From a virus (lineage: Duplodnaviria > Heunggongvirae > Uroviricota > Caudoviricetes), in the IMG/VR virus record IMGVR_UViG_3300037423_001636, positions 1-64,000 of that record: 64,000 nt of DNA. The stretch is one strand, 5' to 3'. Shown here piece by piece: positions 57,309-64,000 of the stretch. Both the position numbers and the translations under genes were made by a program. The first letter of the stretch is position 1; each line of letters begins with the position of its first letter. The notes under the pieces were generated by a model. The model did no database searches. It had not been told where the DNA came from and was given only the letters and a program-made list of their open reading frames with translations.

Positions 57309-58445
57309 ATGCATAAAAACAATTACAGTTTAGAAGTCTTGGTCAAGGGAAAACCCGTCCAAGAGTTCATCCATGAAAGTAAGAGTTTTATTGAGGCGCG
57401 CGAGAATACAGAATATACTCTCCGCTTTCGAAACAACAGCTGGAAAAAAGTAATGGCCATCTTCTCCGTGGACGGAGTTGAGGTCTTGAAAGGCAAGGTT
57501 GCCGCTAATGCCGAGAATGGCTACATCGTGCAGCCCTTTTCGTCCATAGAGGTCAAGGGTTATCGCATTGACGATAAAACCGTGGCCGCGTTCAAGTTTT
57601 CGCGAGGCCCGCAAAGCTATGCAGTAGTCGTCGGTGGGGAAACGAACGAGCCCGAAGGCGACCCGGCACTAGGCGTTTTCAAACATGACAAGACGGACCG
57701 CAACAACGGTGTCATTGGCGTACGAGTGTTTGAGGAGGATGTGGCGGAAAAGGATTATGCCGCAGCCTACAAACAGCTACCAGTCGCGACTTATACGACT
57801 TCCTCATCCGGCGGGGGGCTCACTTGGTCTGGCACTGGGTCCAATGGTATTTTTACCAGCGGTTGTAGTCCAAGCAGCTTCACTGTAAACGTGACTGGCT
57901 CCGCAGGCATGTTTAGCGTTAGTAACGGCGGCACTTATGCCTCCAGCGGGCCGCGGGCGCGGACCATATATCAGTGTAATAGCACATTTACGGGACCAGC
58001 ATTTGCAAATGGCGGTGAGGTTACCACGTCCCGCACGGACATCAATCAGTTCGGCAAACTAGATAGGGTTGAAGATCTGATCTGCGAAGGTCCTATATAC
58101 GGAGCCACTATCAGCAGCTCGGTCAGCATCTACAATCTATCCTGCACGGGCGTACATACGACATATGGCGTGTCCAATCCTGCCGCAGCAGCGCCGGCTT
58201 TCGACATGGGTAGTAGCTGGGGCGGTAAAGTAGAAGACAAGATTCGCGAGGTTCAGTTCAAGAGAGTCGATTCGTTCACGGAGATTGTCCTATTCTACGC
58301 TTCGAAACCTTCGTTGATAAGCTGGGGGATCGATTTCAGCAACACCAAGGAGGTTTTTGCGTGGCCTTCCGCCTTTGAGGACCGCAAGCAGTATTGCAAG
58401 GCTCCTCCGGGGTGGACGGGACAGGGTAAGGGAGGTGGAAAATGA
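57309..58445 (+). CDS. conserved hypothetical protein (beta-sandwich N-terminus, S/G/T-rich linker)
   Basis: EA....EY.L...NN, SVDG..V..G, GY, G.R, A.F.F, GVIG..VF.E. Confidence 0.75.
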   Translation: MHKNNYSLEVLVKGKPVQEFIHESKSFIEARENTEYTLRFRNNSWKKVMAIFSVDGVEVLKGKVAANAENGYIVQPFSSIEVKGYRIDDKTVAAFKFSRGPQSYAVVVGGETNEPEGDPALGVFKHDKTDRNNGVIGVRVFEEDVAEKDYAAAYKQLPVATYTTSSSGGGLTWSGTGSNGIFTSGCSPSSFTVNVTGSAGMFSVSNGGTYASSGPRARTIYQCNSTFTGPAFANGGEVTTSRTDINQFGKLDRVEDLICEGPIYGATISSSVSIYNLSCTGVHTTYGVSNPAAAAPAFDMGSSWGGKVEDKIREVQFKRVDSFTEIVLFYASKPSLISWGIDFSNTKEVFAWPSAFEDRKQYCKAPPGWTGQGKGGGK

Positions 58446-58975
58446 GACCCAAACTGTACACGCTTATTCTGGACCGCTCTGGTTCGATGCAGTCAATCTG
58501 GAGCGAAATCACTGCTACAGTCAATGATCATATGGAGACCAAGGCAGCTGGCGCGCTGACTTCGCTCCTTCTGTTCGATACGGATGGACTGGATTTTCTA
58601 TTCAAGTATACGAATCCGACCCTGCTGGACAAAACCACGTTCCAGCCGCGAGGTGGAACTCCGTTAAGAGATGCCGTCATGTATGCCGTGGAGACCATGA
58701 GCAGGGATTGGAACGATACTCTGAGAGACATGGAGGTGGAAATCACCGTGTTTACCGATGGCGAAGAGAATTCTAGCAAATTCTGGTCCTCTCAGGACGT
58801 GGCCCGTACCATCACCCACTTCCAAGACGCCTACGGTTGGAAGGTCTCGTTTATCGGGGCTGGTGAGAAGACTGACGTGGCGAGCTACGCGAGTCAGTTT
58901 GGAATCAAGTCCGAAAACGTCATAAGCTACTCCGCTCCGGAACAGCTGGCCGCCGCCTTCGCCCAAACCTGCTAA
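58442..58975 (+). CDS. von Willebrand factor A domain protein
   Basis: MIDAS DRSGSM, P.GGTPL.DA, TDG.EN.S. Confidence 0.9.
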   Translation: MRPKLYTLILDRSGSMQSIWSEITATVNDHMETKAAGALTSLLLFDTDGLDFLFKYTNPTLLDKTTFQPRGGTPLRDAVMYAVETMSRDWNDTLRDMEVEITVFTDGEENSSKFWSSQDVARTITHFQDAYGWKVSFIGAGEKTDVASYASQFGIKSENVISYSAPEQLAAAFAQTC

Positions 58976-59011
58976 TCTCCGTACAACTATCCAGTCGCAC
59001 GGTGTAATTAA

Positions 59012-59317
59012 GTGTGTCAAACCCACACCGCCGTGCTTCTTGGCATCGCAGCAGAGTTATCCGCCCCACCCTCCAGCCCGACCAGCTTTCGGGAATTAAC
59101 AATGATTGCCAAAGCCGTGCGCGGCTACGATGTGATCGCAATTAGTCCCGAAGAAATGGTGAGTCTATACGCTAAGTGGTTTAGAGTATACGGGCTATTT
59201 GATTACGTAGACGATATCCTGAAACCCGGAGAAGAGGAGCTGACGGTCGAAGTTGATGGCGGACCCGGAGCGCGGCTCACCGTTCACAACGTGCAGATTG
59301 TGATTGGTCTTATTTAG
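59012..59317 (+). CDS. hypothetical protein
   Basis: GTG start after GTGTAATT motif. Confidence 0.55.
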   Translation: MCQTHTAVLLGIAAELSAPPSSPTSFRELTMIAKAVRGYDVIAISPEEMVSLYAKWFRVYGLFDYVDDILKPGEEELTVEVDGGPGARLTVHNVQIVIGLI

Positions 59318-59876
59318 ATTCGTAGGCTTCCCACAGCCGTCGAACGTCTCGGTGGAACCTCAGATGAGCCCGCTGATATGTGGACCCAAGTCTCGCCGCG
59401 ATCTGGTAGAAGCTCATGCCATCTCGCACGCGCCAGTCGAAAACCCGCCGGTCAGCTCGGTTGAGCGTGTTTCTAAAGTCTTCTATATCAGAAGGTGGCC
59501 AAGATTGGTCGTCCACAATATCTGGCTCCACTACCGTAATCTCCTCACCCCAACGGCTAGTCTGCACGACCTTCGTCCTTATCGGTCGCGCTAGCAACAG
59601 ATTGGTGCGCCAGCGGTGGCTCTTGACCCCGCGGGCCGGAAGACTACGACGCAGCGAGTTGAAGACGGAGTTGCGGACTATTGTAAATACCCAACTAAAC
59701 AGCTTGCCGCGATCTTTATCGAACTGGCCGCGCTTCTCAAACACGCGAATAATGGCTTCAGAGCGGATATCTTCCCATTCTTGGGACGGCAGTTTTACAT
59801 CGAGTAGCCGGCGTTGCATGGCACCGAAACAACGGGCAGCCATGGAAAACAGCTCTTGATCGTTTGTGCTGCTCAT
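59310..59876 (-). CDS. sigma-70/ECF-like RNA polymerase sigma factor
   Basis: region 2 EDIRSEA.IRVF....FD..RG...SW...IVRN; region 4 L...DRRVF......GMS..QIA..LG. Confidence 0.8.
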   Translation of the reverse strand: MSSTNDQELFSMAARCFGAMQRRLLDVKLPSQEWEDIRSEAIIRVFEKRGQFDKDRGKLFSWVFTIVRNSVFNSLRRSLPARGVKSHRWRTNLLLARPIRTKVVQTSRWGEEITVVEPDIVDDQSWPPSDIEDFRNTLNRADRRVFDWRVRDGMSFYQIAARLGSTYQRAHLRFHRDVRRLWEAYESK

Positions 59877-60208
59877 GCGCCACTCTTCTTCACCAGCTTG
59901 GCAAACCATGTGATGTTCTCGCAGCACCAGTTCCAGTAGCCCGCGTCATGCTTCTTGACCCAATCCCACTCTTTATTTTTGTGCTTCCCAAATGACATGA
60001 CCCGCTTTCCTCCAGCCGTGATCGGCGTAGCGCTCCCCGTTCCTTTCAACGCTTCCTCTGCCGTGATACGCTCCACTCCATTCTTACCTTCTTTTAAATC
60101 TTCAGCAGTAATCCTCGGCCCCTTTTTCCACTCGTCTGACTTCGGGCGCGCTTTGTCGGCCATGAATAGCCGAGCGGATTCACGGGCGGCTGGGTGGAGG
60201 TCAGGCAT
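59873..60208 (-). CDS. protein with ExoX C-terminal/DUF3820-like motif
   Basis: MSFGKHK.K....V...D.GY..W. Confidence 0.6.
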   Translation of the reverse strand: MPDLHPAARESARLFMADKARPKSDEWKKGPRITAEDLKEGKNGVERITAEEALKGTGSATPITAGGKRVMSFGKHKNKEWDWVKKHDAGYWNWCCENITWFAKLVKKSGA

Positions 60209-60932
60209 GAAATATCGCTGAAACGGGGAATGGCCGAGCCCAAATTGCCGAATAGCCGCCCCATCGATTCGTGAATTCATTCAGCTCTACCCAAGTCTCC
60301 AGCGGGCGGGAACGGCTAGAATCGCCGATTAGGACGTGTCCTTCATAGTGCCCCAGCCCTGCTTTCTTTCGCTCCTCGGACTCACCCTCCAAACTGTGGA
60401 TATAGCGCCAACCGCAGATCATGACCCAATGATCGGTCGTGCCCCAAGTGCGAATGGGAGCGTCTTCGGGGTAGCCGCCATGCTTGACCTGAGCGATACC
60501 ATAGTATCCAGCATTCAACATTGCGCGACAGTACTCACGCCAAGCGAACTGTGCTCGTAGACCAAACGGGACATCACGCCCATAGTCTGAATCCAGCCAG
60601 ACCGGCACATCACTAATCACATGATCGAGCAGAACTGGAATATCGTTACACCCGCCACGACAACCTGTGTCCGACGCCAAAAGGTCCAGTGTGCGCACCA
60701 TAGACTGACGGCAAAACGAGGACCGCTTCTCGACCGGCTTGCCGCCATAATACTCGCCCGCTTGGTGGAGTTCATCGTAGACACGCTCGACTGTCCAGCC
60801 GGCATCGTGGCCACCGAGCAGGCCACCTACGACTAATGCCCCGCAATCCCCGCCGGGAAAAATGCATGGGGTTTGCTGCTTGATGGGACGACGTGGCAGA
60901 ATTACCTGTTTTTGGACCGTTACGTCACTCAT
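60201..60932 (-). CDS. C39/papain-like cysteine peptidase-like protein
   Basis: Q...GDCG, DHWVMICG, IGDS (Cys-His-Asp order). Confidence 0.6.
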   Translation of the reverse strand: MSDVTVQKQVILPRRPIKQQTPCIFPGGDCGALVVGGLLGGHDAGWTVERVYDELHQAGEYYGGKPVEKRSSFCRQSMVRTLDLLASDTGCRGGCNDIPVLLDHVISDVPVWLDSDYGRDVPFGLRAQFAWREYCRAMLNAGYYGIAQVKHGGYPEDAPIRTWGTTDHWVMICGWRYIHSLEGESEERKKAGLGHYEGHVLIGDSSRSRPLETWVELNEFTNRWGGYSAIWARPFPVSAIFHA

Positions 60933-61168
60933 TTCGCAGTTGGCTCCGGTTTATACACGCCGCCCCTCTGATACCACGCATCTATATGCCCCTGACACGC
61001 ATGAATCCATTCACATTCCGTGAAATCCTCATTACACTCCTCATCAATCACTTCGACATCGCCCCAACATGGCTCAGCCGGATTGGCCCGCCAATAGGCG
61101 AAGCAGTCGCTGCCACAGCAAGCCTTAGGATTATACGAAGCGGAACAGACGGGCTTGAACTCGCTCAT
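60929..61168 (-). CDS. small Cys-rich protein
   Basis: PCWG.V...HACQGH. Confidence 0.65.
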   Translation of the reverse strand: MSEFKPVCSASYNPKACCGSDCFAYWRANPAEPCWGDVEVIDEECNEDFTECEWIHACQGHIDAWYQRGGVYKPEPTAK

Positions 61169-61377
61169 GTTGAAAACGCCGGCTTCTCATCCAGCAGTTC
61201 CGTCTCATAGTGCTGACATTCCTCATGATCAGACCATGTGACGTAATACACAATGTGATATTGTCCGTCGGACCCGGGCCGGAGAAGAATTCCTGTTATT
61301 ATTCCAGCCCATTCGTGATTAGCGCGAGCATAAACGAGCTGGCCGAGGTAGAATGTGGTGGAAACAGTCAGCTCCAT
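61165..61377 (-). CDS. small SH3-like phage protein
   Basis: F.LGQ.VY...G.ITG...Y.V.W...HYE.EL. Confidence 0.65.
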   Translation of the reverse strand: MELTVSTTFYLGQLVYARANHEWAGIITGILLRPGSDGQYHIVYYVTWSDHEECQHYETELLDEKPAFST

Positions 61378-61506
61378 AGATAGAATGTCATTTAACTGAG
61401 TAAGCCGCGTGGAATACTGGACATAACTAGAGCGTCATGACACTGGGAATTGCGTCAAGAGAAAAACGCCAATCCGTGACATTCTACACAACCACCCGCC
61501 GGCCGC

Positions 61507-61515
61507 GTGTAAATT
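61507..61515 (+). promoter_or_regulatory. putative late-promoter motif GTGTAAATT
   Basis: identical copy at 62339-62347 and variant at 59002, each shortly upstream of a + strand gene. Confidence 0.5.
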
Positions 61516-61537
61516 GTAGCAGTCAGTTCAATATTCT

Positions 61538-62323
61538 ATGGCCAAAAAGCACTCGAAGAAAGTGGCGACCGAAGTTTCGGTCGAGAATGGCGTCGCAACT
61601 GGAGATTCGTCTCCGCATATCCATCAGCGGGATAAGATAGGATTCCAGCTAAGCATCAGAGAGCGTGACGACCTAACCGAAAAGCAGAAGCGACTGATAG
61701 ATCTTATTTTAGACAAGAACACTAGGGTTGTTTTCGTTAATGGGCCGGCAGGTACGTCTAAGACATGGGTGGCGATCTATTGCGCCCTGCATCTCCTTAA
61801 AAAACGGGCTGTGTCCGATCTTTTGTATGTCCGCTCTCTGGCCGAATCCGCTTCCAAGTCCTTCGGTACACTACCCGGAGACTTGGGGCCGAAACTCCAG
61901 CCATTTCTCATGCCTCTTCAAGACAAGCTGGATGAACTGCTTCCTAGAGGTGAGGTAGACAAACTGCTTAAAGACGAGCGAGCGACAGGGATGCCCATCA
62001 ACTTCCTAAGAGGCTCATCGTTTAACGCCAAGGTGATTATAGCAGATGAAGCGCAGAATTTTGATTTCAAGGAACTCACGACACTCATCACTCGCCTTGG
62101 TCAGTTTTCCAAGATGCTCATAATCGGTGATTCACGTCAATCCGACCTGCACGGGCGGAGCGGGTTCACGCAGTTTTATCAAACCTTCGACGACGATGAC
62201 TCTCGCCAACGAGGCATTCACTGCTTCTCTTTCACTAAAGAAGACATCGTAAGATCGGGCATTTTGGGCTACATAGTAGATCGAATCGAGTCAGCAAATC
62301 AATCGCCATCCAAACCTGTCTAA
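61538..62323 (+). CDS. phoH: PhoH-family ATPase
   Basis: GPAGTSKT, G.LPGD, LRG, DEAQN, TRLG..SK, GD..QSD, DIVRS. Confidence 0.92.
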   Translation: MAKKHSKKVATEVSVENGVATGDSSPHIHQRDKIGFQLSIRERDDLTEKQKRLIDLILDKNTRVVFVNGPAGTSKTWVAIYCALHLLKKRAVSDLLYVRSLAESASKSFGTLPGDLGPKLQPFLMPLQDKLDELLPRGEVDKLLKDERATGMPINFLRGSSFNAKVIIADEAQNFDFKELTTLITRLGQFSKMLIIGDSRQSDLHGRSGFTQFYQTFDDDDSRQRGIHCFSFTKEDIVRSGILGYIVDRIESANQSPSKPV

Positions 62324-62365
62324 ATTGTCAGGTTTCTTGTGTAAATTCATGGGTATACTCTGCCC

Positions 62366-62692
62366 ATGCAAAACGGATCACTCTCCTTAGTCCGCGGCGA
62401 CGACGTGGATGTTGGATTACAGATTAATAATCCCGACCAAACCGCTTACAATTTAAGTGGTTGCGCACTCACTTTTACGGCTCGTCAGAACGCGTTTTTC
62501 TCCACGGTGCTCTTGACCAAAACGGTCACGCAACACCTCAGCAATACTGGGGGCACCTCTCAATTCAGTTTCGTCCCCGCCGACACTCTTTCCATGGACG
62601 ATACGACTCACTATTTCGACATCAAGCTCACCTCGGCCTCCGGCAAGATCAGCACGCTCATGTATGGGGATCTTACGATCCGACCAACGTAA
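62366..62692 (+). CDS. BppU-like Ig-fold virion/baseplate protein
   Basis: RGD, NLSG....F, DT......YFDI.L. Confidence 0.65.
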   Translation: MQNGSLSLVRGDDVDVGLQINNPDQTAYNLSGCALTFTARQNAFFSTVLLTKTVTQHLSNTGGTSQFSFVPADTLSMDDTTHYFDIKLTSASGKISTLMYGDLTIRPT

Positions 62693-62704
62693 TTTCATGC
62701 CTTC

Positions 62705-63151
62705 ATGTCGGACTGTCCCTCACTCACTCTTACCGTAGCGCAAGCGCCAGTCGCCACGCTTAACGTCGCGGCGTCGCCAAGCCTCTCGTTTTATGCCGCG
62801 AATCAGGTGCCGGGGCTATCGCTTGCGTTGACTGCGGCTGAGACACTTTCTGATTCCAGTTTCGTTAGTATAACGTCCGTGGGTGTAAAAATGGCATCAT
62901 CGTTCCCGGCGCTTCCGGCCCACGCCTTCATTCGAAACGCGGCAGCTTCGGGCAGCTCCGTATATGTCCAAGTTAATGGACTACTCAACGGTCTCGCCGG
63001 ATTGTCGGTTGGTACGCCCTATTTTCTCAGTGATGTTGCGGGGGGAGTTTCTGTAACCTCACCAGCATCTGGAACCTGCCAACGAGTTGGTACTGCCGTA
63101 GCGACTGACACTATTCTTGTGCAGATCGAGCCTCCGACCTATCTCGCATGA
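62705..63151 (+). CDS. virion structural protein (capsid-cement/fibre-like)
   Basis: GL..G..YFLS...G.......P..G...QRVG.A. Confidence 0.6.
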   Translation: MSDCPSLTLTVAQAPVATLNVAASPSLSFYAANQVPGLSLALTAAETLSDSSFVSITSVGVKMASSFPALPAHAFIRNAAASGSSVYVQVNGLLNGLAGLSVGTPYFLSDVAGGVSVTSPASGTCQRVGTAVATDTILVQIEPPTYLA

Positions 63152-64000
63152 GCCAGCGCAACGCACTCGTCCTCATCTCTGGCAGGTTCTACGAACTCCC
63201 AGTTGGAGATACGCTTATCGGCACCGTTGGAACCGGACAATCCGGGCAATTCGCCAGCGTTACCGCGCTCAATGCCAGCGGCGCGAACCTACTCTCTCAG
63301 ATTGCCGCGTCGGCAGCCGGCGTCTCGACTTTGAACTCGCTCAGTGGGGCCTTGACTTTGGCTGGCGGAGGAAATGTGACGGTCTCATATCAAGGTCAAA
63401 CGATTTTTGTTTCTGGAGACACTGGAGACTACGCCGCCTTCGCCCTAAGAATCGATTTGTCTTCAACCGGGGCCGCTATCAACGACCAGATTGGTTCTTT
63501 GTCAGGTTGGGCGGAAAGTGCAGACAGCCTACAGACCAGCAATAGTGTCAATCTGTCTGGCAATCTCACTCAAACCGGCGTATCTCTATATCAACGAGAC
63601 ATCGACATCAGTGGTTCGCTTGCAGCTCAAATCGCTGGCGGCAATGGAACCGCGGTTAAAGTCACCGGCTCTGCAACATTGACCGCGGCGAGTCTCACTG
63701 GAATAGGCGGCACAATCGTTTATCTGGACGGTGGGATAGTGTACGTTAGCGGGGGCGGTGGGGGCAATGGCGACGTAACGAGTGTCCAGCTCGCTAGCAC
63801 GGGCCAGCAGGCATGGACTTCTGCCAACAATAATGGCGTCAATCTGTCCGGTAATCTCGCTTCCACCGGAGCTGTGTTGGGCGCAAGAACGGACTCGCTT
63901 TCGGGTTGGACGGCTAGCGCTGCAAATCTCACGACTACCGGATCTATGCTTGACGCCCGCATTAACACGGTATCAACGAACCTGCAAGGCACAGGGCTCA
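63148..64000 (+). CDS. long Ser/Gly/Thr-rich tail-fibre-like protein (runs off window)
   Basis: MSQRNALVLISG...; GVSTLNSLSG.L, repeated NLSGNL.(S/Q)TG and SLSGW motifs; appears open to window end. Confidence 0.75.
   Translation, partial: MSQRNALVLISGRFYELPVGDTLIGTVGTGQSGQFASVTALNASGANLLSQIAASAAGVSTLNSLSGALTLAGGGNVTVSYQGQTIFVSGDTGDYAAFALRIDLSSTGAAINDQIGSLSGWAESADSLQTSNSVNLSGNLTQTGVSLYQRDIDISGSLAAQIAGGNGTAVKVTGSATLTAASLTGIGGTIVYLDGGIVYVSGGGGGNGDVTSVQLASTGQQAWTSANNNGVNLSGNLASTGAVLGARTDSLSGWTASAANLTTTGSMLDARINTVSTNLQGTGL

Noticed and set aside
1-64000. CRISPR array
   Set aside because: No 23-50 bp identical repeats with regular unique spacers; the repeats found are 7-16 bp and separated by genes
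1-64000. Stop-codon reassignment
   Set aside because: TAG, TGA and TAA all end genes at sensible junctions, and long conserved genes are uninterrupted

Overview
This window looks like 64 kb of a large (probably jumbo) tailed-phage genome. The host is likely a Verrucomicrobiota/Opitutae-like bacterium; this is an inference from a TorF/TIGR02001-like porin and an Opitutae-type H-NS-like/HTH protein. Positions 1-55.7 kb are a dense + strand early/accessory region of more than 120 mostly small hypothetical ORFs. Recognisable ones include an amidoligase-like enzyme, a GH24 lysozyme, DUF932, a DUF1281/YubB-like protein, a cupin-like protein and an HAD-like protein. After a non-coding, repeat-rich junction (55.75-56.56 kb) come an HNH-type homing endonuclease, a vWA module, a short minus-strand operon with a sigma-70-like factor and a C39-like peptidase, PhoH, and the start of a virion/tail-fibre module. 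The most striking signals are non-coding. (1) Two clusters of structured RNAs include tRNA shells whose acceptor, D and T arms are intact but which carry large structured insertions at the same D-loop position, plus a double-pseudoknot RNA. (2) About 30 copies of a module made of a palindromic TRRGG-N6-CCYYA box, a sigma70 promoter and a leaderless ORF; the first triplet of the box is often the stop codon of the upstream gene. (3) Two arrays of micro-genes with a GAACGAA heptamer at nearly every stop-start junction. (4) A parS-like site and a dense cluster of boxes at the module boundary. All functional calls come from reading motifs by eye; no database search was run.
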